Source of the DNA: Candidatus Doudnabacteria bacterium
GTDB lineage: Bacteria > Patescibacteriota > Doudnabacteria > UBA920 > VMFF01
Length of the DNA stretch: 64,000 nucleotides
NCBI GenBank assembly: GCA_963840645.1
Contig: CAWIZL010000004.1
Span: forward strand, 395,470 to 459,469
Direction of reading: 5' to 3'
This document shows positions 9,906 to 19,567 of the stretch, piece by piece. Below the pieces are notes generated by a model, which worked only from the letters and a program-made list of their open reading frames with translations, was not told the origin of the DNA and did no database searches. The position numbers and the translations under genes were made by a program. Each line of letters starts with the position of its first letter. The first letter of the stretch is position 1.

Positions 9906-10169
9906 GTGGTGGTGAAGTTTACGGTCGAGCAATTGGAAAACCCGCCGACGGTTTTCGGAATTCTACAGGGAGACTTTGGAGTCAGGGTCTTCTATAACCA
10001 GCAGGCTGGCATCAGAGCTATTGAAGATTTGAGCCAGTTCCTCTCTGGTGAAGAACAAAGAAAGCTGAAAGATCTCGTCCTGTGTGACAGGAAGCTGCCA
10101 GTACATGGCGAGACAGTGGAAATGGAAGAGCTGGTTGCGGAGGCTCTGCCTACCAACTATGTAATGTGA
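9906..10169 (+). CDS. small hypothetical protein
   Basis: 87-aa ORF with SD AAGGAGG upstream of a GTG. Confidence 0.4.
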   Translation: MVVKFTVEQLENPPTVFGILQGDFGVRVFYNQQAGIRAIEDLSQFLSGEEQRKLKDLVLCDRKLPVHGETVEMEELVAEALPTNYVM

Positions 10170-10236
10170 AGATAGATCAAAAGCAAAAGGGCGCAGCGGT
10201 GATTTACCGAAGCGCCCTTTTTTGTTCACAATTATT

Positions 10237-10881
10237 TTACGGTCTCTCTTTGTGCCACGGGGTCCACCCCGCTGGTGCCTTAACCAGAGTGGCCTGCTTC
10301 GGCTCCAGCTTGTATCGTCTGATGGCACGCTGCCATAGGGAATCAACTTGCTCAGAGCCCAGGACATCCTTAGGCAGCAAGCCTTTTGCCTTTGCATTGG
10401 CAATCTCGGTTCCCAGCATTTCCATGAACACGTAACGGACACGGTTGCGACCAACCTCGTCGTCACCGATCTCGTCTGCAACGTACGGAGGTAACGATTG
10501 CTCCTTGGCCTGCGTGAAGAGCTCGTCCGATTGCAGGGTAGATCTGAAGGTGTCGATTTTCTGCTTGAGGCCTCTGGCCTGGCTCATCAAGTACTCATAG
10601 TGCTCTTGGTAGGCCTCGAGCCAGAGTTCTAAATTTTTTTCTTGGTTACCAACTTCTTTTCCATGCGCGATCACCTGGTCGTAGTCCGCCCGTGCCCTGT
10701 CCATCTCTTGCTTGGCCTCTGCCATCATAGCTTCCGCAGCCTGTTCTTCCTCGGGTGTAGCCTCGGCGCGTAGCCCACTGGCTAAATCATAGTCAGCCTG
10801 GGTTTTCTTTAGAGTATCAACGGTCTCCGTGTGGTGCTCTAGGCTCTGGTAGTGCTCGCCTGCGTTGTGTTCGGTGTCCAT
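10237..10881 (-). CDS. hypothetical protein
   Basis: 214-aa ORF with no competing ORF. No obvious SD. Confidence 0.5.
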   Translation of the reverse strand: MDTEHNAGEHYQSLEHHTETVDTLKKTQADYDLASGLRAEATPEEEQAAEAMMAEAKQEMDRARADYDQVIAHGKEVGNQEKNLELWLEAYQEHYEYLMSQARGLKQKIDTFRSTLQSDELFTQAKEQSLPPYVADEIGDDEVGRNRVRYVFMEMLGTEIANAKAKGLLPKDVLGSEQVDSLWQRAIRRYKLEPKQATLVKAPAGWTPWHKERP

Positions 10882-10977
10882 GGGAGTAAGTTATAGTATT
10901 ACGGAAAGTATATCACTTTATTTGCCGGTACAAAAATTCTACGTGGTCAGGATCCTACTGATACTCACCTTAGGCAG

Positions 10978-11171
10978 GACATCCAATCAACTTCACCTGT
11001 AGCCACATGGGAAAGTGTTTGCTCAAGGGGGCACGATCCCGCAACCTTCCGCGCCACAGGCGGACGCTCTACCAGTTGAGCTACACCCACCACGAGTGTA
11101 TGAACCAAGAAACAAAAAACTCTCACACAGAAAAAGTGAAGAGCTTCGGTAACGCCCGCTGTGTCAGGCGC
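10978..11171. repeat. 194-bp direct repeat, right copy
   Basis: See 399..592. Confidence 0.9.
11026..11091 (-). pseudogene. tRNA-His(GTG)-like fragment, second copy
   Basis: Same 66-nt sequence as 447..512 except one base in the 3' strand of the T stem. It also lacks a 3' acceptor strand. Confidence 0.45.
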
Positions 11172-11208
11172 TATTCCTCACGTATCATAGCTTTTTTAAG
11201 ACCCCTCG

Positions 11209-12297
11209 TCAATTCTCATTCGTCTGCACTGGTTTCGCGTACTGGCTCACATCGTTCCACACGGCCTTTGAAATATCTGTCACCATCTGCTGCTGCGCGT
11301 CTAAGCTGCTGCCCTTTGTCATGACGCAGAGCAGGTAGTTGTTGCTGCCGCCAGTGGAATCTTTGCCGTACACAATGCCGCAATCGTGGAACTCGTACAC
11401 CGTTGCGCCGCTGCCATCAGTGGCAGCTTCTGAACGCTCGCCAAACTTGTGAGCAACAGTTGTGCCAGATGGCACACCTGCCACCAAACCGCCCGTGTAG
11501 TCTGTCTGCGTCAGCAGCTCGAGCGCTTGGTTTGAGTAGTTGTGATCAAGGTACGCTGCATTGTACAGCGCACGGAAGAACAGGGCGTAGCTGCGCGGCG
11601 AAATGAAGTCTGCGTTGGTCGTGCTGGTCGAGAGCGGCAGGTTCACGCCAAAGTCTGCAAAAATGTCCTGCACCTTGCTGGCTGTCACCAAGTTCAGCAG
11701 CGCGTTGAACGCGTTGTCGTCAGAGTAGCGAATCATGTACGAGATCATGTCGTTCACCGTGTACGCCTTGCCGAGCGTGATAGACTGCGACGGCTTTATG
11801 TTCTGCGATGGAATGTAGTCTGGTCCGTTGTAGATAATTTTCTGTTGGAGCAGTGCTGGGCTGTCCTCTGCCTCAGAAAGAATTGCCATCATGAGCGGTA
11901 CCTTGCTGAGGCTGCCTGGCGAAAACTGGTCGTCAGGATTGACGCCAACCCAGCTTGGGTCTGTGAGGTCGCGGAAGTAGACACCAATGGTGGTGCCAGA
12001 GTTAGCCTTAACAATTTTTGAGACGTCAGAATCAATGTGCGCCTCGTACGGGTAGCGCTGTTCGTAGAGCTCCTGCGCATTGAGGTCACCCCCAAAGTAG
12101 GGGTTCAAGAGCGGGTACTGCGCCAGTGTCTGTGGCTGCTGCACGTAGTTAGAGAGAGCCAGCACGTTTGGGCCTATTGTGCGTCTCACACGAAAGTAGG
12201 CAGCTGCAAATCCAGCTGCTACAAAAATTGCGGCAACGGCAACAATTGCCCATGCGTTCCTCTTCATCCACCTGCCAAACTGCCGTAGCTTCGCCAT
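11209..12297 (-). CDS. serine hydrolase, class A beta-lactamase-related
   Basis: N-terminal TM anchor. SxxK as SLSK (GSLSKVPLMMAIL), an SDN-like motif (YSDDNAFN), and HKFG in the position of KTG. Confidence 0.7.
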   Translation of the reverse strand: MAKLRQFGRWMKRNAWAIVAVAAIFVAAGFAAAYFRVRRTIGPNVLALSNYVQQPQTLAQYPLLNPYFGGDLNAQELYEQRYPYEAHIDSDVSKIVKANSGTTIGVYFRDLTDPSWVGVNPDDQFSPGSLSKVPLMMAILSEAEDSPALLQQKIIYNGPDYIPSQNIKPSQSITLGKAYTVNDMISYMIRYSDDNAFNALLNLVTASKVQDIFADFGVNLPLSTSTTNADFISPRSYALFFRALYNAAYLDHNYSNQALELLTQTDYTGGLVAGVPSGTTVAHKFGERSEAATDGSGATVYEFHDCGIVYGKDSTGGSNNYLLCVMTKGSSLDAQQQMVTDISKAVWNDVSQYAKPVQTNEN

Positions 12298-12298
12298 G

Positions 12299-13097
12299 CT
12301 ATTTTATGATCAAAGATAGAAGGCCAATGCAGATGCTGTAGATGCCGAACGGCACGAGCGCATTCACCTCGTTCTTCTTGAAGTACTTCACCAAGAATGA
12401 AACTGATGCGTACGCAACAACGCCTGCAACCACGCCCCCTAAAACTGCAACGCCAAAGTTGCTGTGCATGCCAGGCTTGAGCAGCTTTGGCACTTCGAGC
12501 AAGCCCGCTGCCAGAATAATTGGCGTTGCAAGCAAGAACGAGAAGCGAGCTGCTGCCTCGTGGCTAAGGCCTGCCAGCAGGCCGCCAACGAGCGATGACC
12601 CAGAACGTGAAATTCCCGGAATGAGCGCGAGCGCCTGTGCTGTGCCAATCCAGAAAGCCTGCCACGGCGTGAGGCGTTCGAGCGAGCCGCGAATGCGCTC
12701 TTGGCGGCTCAGCCACTCACCTGCCAGCAGAATGGTCACCGTTCACAATGAGGAACATTGATGCAACCACAAAGCTCCCATACAGCGGTTCTAGTTTTTT
12801 CTGCAGCAGCAAGCCGAGGATGCCAGCTGGGATTGTGCCGACAACCAAGAGCAGCAGCAAGTTGTCTTTGCGCCAGTTCTTGATGATGCTCACCCAATCG
12901 CGCCAGAAGTAAGCAACGAGTGCGAGCGCAGTGCCGAGGTGCAGCATTGTGAGGAATGGCAGGAACTCTGGGTCGTTGATATTGAAGTGTAGCCCGAGCA
13001 AGTGTGGCAAGATGACCGCGTGACCAAGACTGCTGACTGGAAACAGCTCTGTAATTCCCTGGACTACTGCAAACACGAGTGACTGGAAGATTGTCAT
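12299..13097 (-). pseudogene. uppP: undecaprenyl-diphosphate phosphatase, split by a frameshift near 12735-12742
   Basis: N-terminal ORF 12717..13097 (MTIFQSLVFAVVQGITELFPVSSLGH...) and C-terminal ORF 12299..12739 (...ALIPGISRSGSS...) together form a full BacA/UppP. The junction reads LIVNG/VTILLAGEW. Confidence 0.85.
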
Positions 13098-13142
13098 TGT
13101 TGTAGTTTCTTAATTGTACGGGTTGGGAGTGGGTTTTGTTTC

Positions 13143-13239
13143 AGGCCACGGGGAGGAGTTTTTGCGAGCTTCGAGTTTCGTTTCTTTTGCGAAGCAAAAG
13201 CCAAGAAACGAGCGCTCGCAAAAACTCCTTCCCGTGGGC
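13143..13239. repeat. ~97-nt imperfect palindrome between the ABC ATPase gene and uppP
   Basis: aggccacggggaggagtttttgcgagc ... gctcgcaaaaactccttcccgtgggct. The 27-nt arms have 2 mismatches and there is inner symmetry. Confidence 0.7.
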
Positions 13240-13950
13240 TTAAAAGAAAGCGTTTCTCACACGTTCAATCTCCAAACCAAAGGCATGCCCCTGCTCACGT
13301 CTCGGTCTCGGCAGTGAAATAGCAAACTTAGCAGCAATCAGGTGATCCTGCACGACGATGATCTCATCTGCCAAGACAACAGCTTCTTCTACAGAGTGTG
13401 ACACCATCACAATGGTCAGCTCGCCCTTGCTCGCCTCCCAAATTTTTATGAGGTCAGCGTGCAGCTCGTCTGTTGTCTTGATATCGAGCGCTGAGAACGG
13501 CTCATCGAGCAGGAGCACAGCTGGCCTCACCGCGAGCGCACGCGCAATCCCCACGCGCTGCCGCTGGCCACCAGACAAATCGCGCGGGTACTTTTCCAAA
13601 AAATCTGCTAGGCCAATCATCGTGAGAAAGTGAACGCTGTCACGGTGGACTGTTGCAGGTGCATCCCCTTTTGCCTGGAGCACAATTGCAACGTTCTCCA
13701 GAACGGTCATCCACGGGAACAGCGCGCCATCTTGGAAAACCATTGAGACGCTGTCAGGCTTCTTGACCATGCCAGAGCTGGCCACCTCAAGGCCAGCAAT
13801 CAACTTTAGAATTGTAGACTTCCCAGAGCCGGACAGCCCGACCAAGCACAGGAACTCGCCCTGTGCCACTGATAAAGACACGCCTCTTAAGCCAACGCTG
13901 TTGCCCGTAAAAGTTTCTCCTACGTTGTCGAGTTCAATGGTTGGGTTCAT
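13240..13950 (-). CDS. ABC transporter ATP-binding protein (nitrate/sulfonate/taurine-type importer)
   Basis: Trimmed to MNPTIELDNVGETF.... Walker A GLSGSGKST, signature LSGGQRQR, Walker B LLLDEPFSALD. Confidence 0.9.
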   Translation of the reverse strand: MNPTIELDNVGETFTGNSVGLRGVSLSVAQGEFLCLVGLSGSGKSTILKLIAGLEVASSGMVKKPDSVSMVFQDGALFPWMTVLENVAIVLQAKGDAPATVHRDSVHFLTMIGLADFLEKYPRDLSGGQRQRVGIARALAVRPAVLLLDEPFSALDIKTTDELHADLIKIWEASKGELTIVMVSHSVEEAVVLADEIIVVQDHLIAAKFAISLPRPRREQGHAFGLEIERVRNAFF

Positions 13951-13951
13951 G

Positions 13952-14731
13952 CTATTCAAACCTAAATTTTTCAGAGTAGCGCAGCAGCTTCTGCCACACG
14001 AAGAAGTTGATGAACGCGATTGCGGCAATGAGCACGAGCATGGTCACCACGAACACGTCGTTGCGGCCGCTCGCAACGGCGTTCACGAGCATGCTGCCAA
14101 TGCCAAAGAGGTCTTGGCTCGACGTGCCACCAGGAATGTACGTGTGCAGCACCTCAGCTACAATGATGACGTTCCAGCCAGACGCCCACGCCAGGAGCGA
14201 ACCTGTGACTATTTGGGGAAACACTGCTGGCATCAACACCTCACGCAGGTAGCGCCAGCCCGTGATCTTAAAAACTTTTGCAGCGGCAAACACGTCTGAC
14301 GGCACAGTTTTCAAGCCACCGGCAATGTTAAAGACGAGGCTCCACATCATGGTGAGGAACAGAATGAACACGCACGCTGCGCTGTAGTAGCCAAAGCGGA
14401 TGAACACGAGAATGATGACCGGAAAAAATGCCAGCACTGGCACAGACTGGGTCACGTCAAAGAGCGGCAGGAAAATTCGCTCTGTGACGTGGCTGTGGGT
14501 GGCAAGAATTGCCAGTGGAATAGCCGCGGCAAGCGAGAGCACGTACGCAATGAGCAGGCGTGAAAAAGTTGCGCCGAGTGCGCTAAAAATCGTCCACACT
14601 GAAATTTGTGAGTGGAGCCCAACTGGAAACAGGTTCAGGCTTGCAAACAGGATGACGGCTGCGAGTATGAAAATGGTCGGCGCAATGAGCGCAGAGTAAA
14701 TGCGCTGCTCAATCGAAACCGGGTACGACAT
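13952..14731 (-). CDS. ABC transporter permease
   Basis: Multi-TM ORF abutting the ATPase gene. The start is uncertain (ATG 14731 chosen; the ORF is open to 14833). Confidence 0.75.
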   Translation of the reverse strand: MSYPVSIEQRIYSALIAPTIFILAAVILFASLNLFPVGLHSQISVWTIFSALGATFSRLLIAYVLSLAAAIPLAILATHSHVTERIFLPLFDVTQSVPVLAFFPVIILVFIRFGYYSAACVFILFLTMMWSLVFNIAGGLKTVPSDVFAAAKVFKITGWRYLREVLMPAVFPQIVTGSLLAWASGWNVIIVAEVLHTYIPGGTSSQDLFGIGSMLVNAVASGRNDVFVVTMLVLIAAIAFINFFVWQKLLRYSEKFRFE

Positions 14732-14927
14732 TGACCCACGCCTTAAGACGTGGTGAATGTGTTTCGTGTTCTGGGAACGTTGGTTTTGGTGTGAGTACAT
14801 AGCGCTAAAAACATTATACACCATTTGACTCAATCCCCTTTTTCTGTCAAAATTACACAGGACTTAGAGTATCTCTCTGCGCTTCCAGCGCATTTTTATT
14901 TGCTACACTTAACGGCTCCACATACAT

Positions 14928-16799
14928 ATGGCACAGACACGCGAAGACATCAGAAACATTGCAATCATTGCCCACGTTGACCACGGCAAGACAACGCTGG
15001 TTGATGCAATGCTCAAACAGACGCACACGGTCAAAGAAGGTCGCTGAGGGCGCTGACTTGATCATGGACTCAATCGGCAGCTTGAGCGCGAGCGCGGCAT
15101 TACCATCAAGGCAAAAAACGCGAGCGTCATGTACAACAGCGTAAAGATCAACATTGTGGACACGCCAGGCCACGCTGACTTTGGCGGTGAGGTTGAGCGC
15201 ACCTTGAAAATGGCTGACGGCGTGCTGCTTTTGGTAGATGCAAAAGAAGGACCAATGCCACAGACAAAGTTCGTGCTGCGCAAAGCTCTCGAGCTTGGCC
15301 TTCGTGCCATTGTGGTCATCAACAAAATTGACCGTCCAGATGCCCAGATAGACGAAGTGGTGAACAGAACATTTGATTTATTTGTAGACCTGAAGGCAAA
15401 CCACGACCAGCTCGAGTTTCCTATTATTTACGCATCTGCCATTAACGGCGTTGCAGACCCAGACGTGAAGACAGCGCTCGAACGCGCGGCTAGCCACACG
15501 AGCGACATTACTCCCCTGTTCGAAGCTGTCATCAAAAATATTCCAGCACCAACAGTAAACTTAGACGACAGCTTTGCAATGCTGGTTCTGGCAATTAGCT
15601 ACGATGCGTACAAGGGCAAAATGGGTACAGGCAAAATCTACTCTGGCAAGGTAACAAAAGGCCAAGCTGTCACGCAAATTAAGGTTGACGGCACAAAGGT
15701 CAATGGCAAGGTCAGCAACCTCATGGGCTACCAAGGCCTCGGCATGGTTGAAATTCCAGATGCGCTGGCTGGCGACATTGTTTCCATCTCAGGCTTTGAC
15801 GACATCTCCATTGGCGAAACAATTGCCGATGCGGCAAACCCAGTTCAAATTCCACCGGTGAGCATTGAAGAGCCAACAGTGCGCATGACCTTCTCGGTTA
15901 ACAGCAGCCCGTTCGCAGGTCGCGAGGGCAAGTTTGTGACGTCGCGCAACATTCGCGATCGCCTGTTTCGCGAGCTTGAGACAAACGTTGCACTGCGCGT
16001 TGAAGAGACAGGCAGCACAGACAGCTTCTTGGTTTCTGGCCGCGGCGAGCTGCACCTTGGCATCTTAATAGAGACCATGCGTCGTGAAGGCTACGAGCTG
16101 CAAGTTTCTCAGCCAGAGGTCATCTTCAAAACAGATGCCGCAACTGGCAAGAAGCTTGAGCCGTACGAAATTTTGGTCATTGACGTGCCGAGCCAGTACC
16201 AGGGTACCATGATTGAAGAAATGGGCACGCGCGGTGGCGAGCTGTTGAAAATGGACAGCAGCGAGACTTCTGCGTCGAGCGGCAGCACGTCTGAAATTCA
16301 CGCAGAGTACCTTGCGCCTACGCGCGGCATCATTGGCCTGAAGAACGCGCTGCTCACCAAGACGCGCGGCACAGCTGTGGTGAACAACCTGTTTGATTCG
16401 TACCGCCCAGTTGTGATGGAAAAGCCAGACAGCGCAAACTCGCATGGTTCTTTGATAGCATCAGAGGCTGGCGTCTCAAACGCGTATGGCTTGAACAATG
16501 CGCAGGAACGCGGCACGCTGTTCATCAAGCCTGCTGTTGAGGTGTACGAGGGCATGATTGTTGGCAAGAACGCTTTTGACAGCGACCTTGAGATCAATGT
16601 CACGAAAACGAAGAAGCTCTCGAACATGCGCTCGTCTGGTGCTGATGATGCAATTATCTTAACGCCGCCACGCGAAATTACTTTGGACTTGGCACTCGAG
16701 TACATTGGGCCAGATGAACTTGTAGAAGTTACGCCGAAGAGCGTTCGGTTGAGAAAGCGCTACTTAACGATGAATGAGCGCAAGCGCTCCGGAAAGTAA
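14928..16799 (+). pseudogene. typA: translational GTPase TypA/BipA with two closely spaced frameshifts (~15035 and ~15075)
   Basis: [37 protein letters not shown], then two in-frame TGAs. [11 protein letters not shown] is read in the +1 frame. The original frame then resumes: QLERERGITIKAKNASVMYNSVKINIVDTPGHADFGGEVER... (556-aa ORF). Confidence 0.9.
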
Positions 16800-16956
16800 G
16801 CACTAAAACAAAAAGAAGTCCTCTTTGCTCCGACTGAAGTCGCTGCAGAGGACTTCTTTTTTATGCAATATATTCCTTTACAGCTATGTAGCACTCTGGT
16901 TGACAAATTTGTTAAATTATGATACTTTAGATCTACAATTTCTTGGAGGAAATTCA

Positions 16957-17547
16957 ATGAAAATAGAACTTGGCGAAATAGAATTGGCCGCTATCAAAAT
17001 CGCAGAGCAGGCTGTTCGGGTTCTGCCTGAGCAACCATGTCTCTACCCTTTTCCATTCCTCTGTTTGCTAGACTTTGAATCTCGCGAAGAGAACACGGAG
17101 GAGGACGAAGAAGACATCACGACAGTTACCTTCCGTGCTCAAATGTCGCGCGGCTGCTTTAGCAGTCTCCATCAGGACCGATCATGCTGGCCAGAATTCG
17201 TGCTGCACATGGTGGAAAACGATTCTGGCTCGTTGGGGTGCAACTCTGCCCAGGTCAGGTACGAATCTCTTAAAGACCAATTTCATCAAATTGGTTCACT
17301 GCTACCGTCGACGAAGATGGTGAGAAGTACAAAATTTGCATCGAAATCAAAGCACCTCCTACTTAAACACCAACCATTCCTGCGGGATACGCACGAGTCA
17401 CTGGCGACGTTTCAAAAACGTACGCCAGTTTTTATTTATCCAACTACTGTAACGCTGACTGGACTATCATCAAAAACTGCAGGGCTGCTGGGCTGCTACC
17501 AGTTTTTATTTCAGTATCCAGTATTTCTAGCTTCTGGAGCGCGCTGA
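16957..17547 (+). CDS. hypothetical protein (3' end doubtful)
   Basis: MKIELGEIELAAIK... with SD GGAGGA. The 3' ~100 nt overlap holA on the opposite strand, and another frame gives ...DGEKYKICIEIKAPPT* ending near 17365, so a frameshift is possible. Confidence 0.3.
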   Translation: MKIELGEIELAAIKIAEQAVRVLPEQPCLYPFPFLCLLDFESREENTEEDEEDITTVTFRAQMSRGCFSSLHQDRSCWPEFVLHMVENDSGSLGCNSAQVRYESLKDQFHQIGSLLPSTKMVRSTKFASKSKHLLLKHQPFLRDTHESLATFQKRTPVFIYPTTVTLTGLSSKTAGLLGCYQFLFQYPVFLASGAR

Positions 17548-18418
17548 TCAATTTTGCTTGGCTGAACTGCTTGGCAATTTTTTTGTACATAAAAATTCTG
17601 CCGGGGGTGTAGCCTGTGTCTGAGGCAATAGCAGCGTCTGGTACTCTCTGCTCTGCCATGCCCTGCACAACGAGCACGCCACGGAACTGCTCAGCGAGCA
17701 CGCCAGAGATGCTTATAATTTTTGCTTTCTCGTCATTGCCTGGGAGCCTGTCCATGTAGTTCACGAGGGATGTGATGGCAGCAGGCCTGTTACGGTTCGC
17801 GATCGCATTCGTCACGGCAAAAATATCTTCTGCGATGTTCTCTGAGACAAGGGCTGCAACGTCTTCTGTGGTGATTGCGTTGCCAGCTGCGTACGTTGCC
17901 AGCTTCTGCAGCTCTGAATCAGCCTGCCACAAATCGTAGAGCTCGTCGCCAAATTCACCTTGCCCCATGCCAAGACGCGAGAGGAACTGCTCGAGGGCTT
18001 TTGGCGCAAAGGTTGCTTTGTACGTTGCTGCCCGATCACCCACCCACTTGCTGAATGCTGGACCACTTGGGATCACAAAGTCCTTTGCCGTAATCCGCTT
18101 GTCGCCAGTGACAGCCTTGCTCTGCTTCTTGCGCTTGTCGAGCGCATCCTCAATGAACACGTACGTGTTGCCTGAATGTGCAAGTGCTGCCAAAAAAGCA
18201 TCGAGTTGAAAATCTTCGTTCACTCCTGAAAAAAAGTTTGTGATTTTAAATAGTTTCTTTGAGCTGAAAAGACCCTGCTCAGACGTTGCCTGCAAAATAT
18301 CTTTTGACGAACCTTCACCCTCAAAAATAAGCACATCCGCGCCAGCTTCTTTAGCCTTCAGCTGCTCAAAAAACTCCCTTTTTGAAAAGTCGTCTTTGCC
18401 TGTCATGAGGTAAATCAT
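17444..18418 (-). CDS. holA: DNA polymerase III delta subunit
   Basis: Trimmed to MIYLMTGKDDFSKREFFEQLK.... Length and overall pattern fit HolA. Confidence 0.7.
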   Translation of the reverse strand: MIYLMTGKDDFSKREFFEQLKAKEAGADVLIFEGEGSSKDILQATSEQGLFSSKKLFKITNFFSGVNEDFQLDAFLAALAHSGNTYVFIEDALDKRKKQSKAVTGDKRITAKDFVIPSGPAFSKWVGDRAATYKATFAPKALEQFLSRLGMGQGEFGDELYDLWQADSELQKLATYAAGNAITTEDVAALVSENIAEDIFAVTNAIANRNRPAAITSLVNYMDRLPGNDEKAKIISISGVLAEQFRGVLVVQGMAEQRVPDAAIASDTGYTPGRIFMYKKIAKQFSQAKLISALQKLEILDTEIKTGSSPAALQFLMIVQSALQ

Positions 18419-18489
18419 GGGGGTAGTATATACGTTATTGACTTCTATTGAAAAACTGCTATTATGCTCGTGAAAATGGAGGAATAGTA

Positions 18490-18906
18490 ATGCTGCTTGT
18501 TCAGTACGTTCAGAGTGCACCAATGCATTTTTTTGCCATTGGGTACGTGTTGTTCATCTTCGGCGTGCTGGCAATCCTTTTGCCGCCACGCCCCCGCGCA
18601 ACCGTGGTGGCCAGCGTATGTGTCATGCTTGTGTACCTGCTCTGTGTGCACGCCTTTGGATTGTTTGTCTACTACAACGGTGCACACAGCCCAGGCAGCG
18701 GATTTGTTACCCGTTACTACGTAGATGGCAGTTTTGAAGTTAACGCAACCAACAGCTACCGGTACTGGGTGCAGCCACGAGATACCGTGCACGTAGAAAT
18801 TGGTGGCCACCCGCTTGATAGAGCCACGCCGACGCGCGCCATGCCGTTCGCGCTGTACGTTTGGAACTCTGATATCGAACATGGTACACTCACGAAGTAC
18901 GAGTGA
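18490..18906 (+). CDS. membrane protein, unknown function
   Basis: MLLVQYVQSAPMHFFAIGYVLFIFGVLAILL... with SD GGAGGA. Terminator follows. Confidence 0.5.
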   Translation: MLLVQYVQSAPMHFFAIGYVLFIFGVLAILLPPRPRATVVASVCVMLVYLLCVHAFGLFVYYNGAHSPGSGFVTRYYVDGSFEVNATNSYRYWVQPRDTVHVEIGGHPLDRATPTRAMPFALYVWNSDIEHGTLTKYE

Positions 18907-18922
18907 GCTCCGAGCGAGCACC

Positions 18923-18949
18923 ATAGCCCATCGCAAGGTGGGCTATTTT
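18923..18949 (+). terminator. intrinsic terminator
   Basis: atagccca-tcgcaagg-tgggctat followed by TTTT. Confidence 0.6.
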
Positions 18950-19191
18950 CATGCTTAGGTAAAAGTGAAGCCGCCGCCCGAGAAATTGGGCGACGGCGAG
19001 TTGTGGGAACATCACGCGAGGTAACTCTCAACGAGAAGTCAGCTGCTGTAAATACCTGCGACCGGCGCAAAGCTTCATCACGTGAAGCAACGAAACGCTC
19101 GTACTTCTGAAGGTCAGTCTGGAACCTGACGTACACCAAGGTTCCAGGTGTGACCAGGCAAATCTTGCACCTGCAGTGCTTGCCGTGCTTC

Positions 19192-19419
19192 TTACCTGCT
19201 GCCATTCTTGACCACCTCTTCGACCAGACTTTCATTAGGTTGTACCCAGATAACTTTACCACCTCGTAAGGTGGCGCTAGCGATAACAGTAGTCGACGCG
19301 TTCGACCCCATCAAATCACTATGGTAGACGAGTACACTTTTTGGAATACGATCAGGGCTATTGGGAAAATGATCCCACCAAGTGCTCCTGTAACCACGGC
19401 GCAATCGGTTTGTTTCCAC
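19192..19419 (-). CDS. hypothetical protein (may continue by frameshift into ORF 18756..19214)
   Basis: GTG start 8 nt after AGGAGG. The downstream overlapping ORF (MAAGKKHGKHCRCKICLVTPG...) would otherwise run through the terminator hairpin. Confidence 0.4.
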   Translation of the reverse strand: METNRLRRGYRSTWWDHFPNSPDRIPKSVLVYHSDLMGSNASTTVIASATLRGGKVIWVQPNESLVEEVVKNGSR

Positions 19420-19461
19420 TGTTTAATCCTCCTGGTGATACTTTACCATACTGCATTTATT

Positions 19462-19487
19462 AATAAAAATCCCCGTAAGGGGATTTT
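19462..19487 (-). terminator. hairpin plus T-run, probable native terminator downstream of tRNA-Lys before element insertion
   Basis: aaaatcccc-gtaa-ggggatttt; on the minus strand it is followed by TTTTTATT. Confidence 0.55.
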
Positions 19488-19500
19488 AGAATTTTGTGCT

Positions 19501-19563
19501 TGGTGGAGGCTGTGGGACGAAGTTAGAGGGGAGATTGCTAAAATTAACTCGCCCACCTATTGA
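19501..19563 (+). repeat. attL of element A: tRNA-Lys 3'-end core TGGTGGA fused to the orphan recombinase tail (RLWDEVRGEIAKINSPTY*)
   Basis: tgg tgg agg ctg tgg gac gaa gtt aga ggg gag att gct aaa att aac tcg ccc acc tat tga. The core and reading frame match the recombinase A / tRNA-Lys junction at 22922. Confidence 0.75.
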
Positions 19564-19567
19564 TCTT

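Larger units (their letters stand above)
593..10977. mobile_element. GC-richer accessory island bounded by the 194-bp direct repeats; no integrase recognised inside
   Basis: Flanked by the 399..592 and 10978..11171 repeats. Composition is visibly GC-richer than the flanks. Cargo is mostly orphan genes, several apparently frameshifted. Confidence 0.6.

Noticed and set aside
14928-15130. Programmed ribosomal frameshifting in typA (and other split genes)
   Set aside because: It would require two opposite shifts within ~40 nt. I recognised no slippery heptamer or stimulatory structure, and similar breaks are scattered over unrelated genes.
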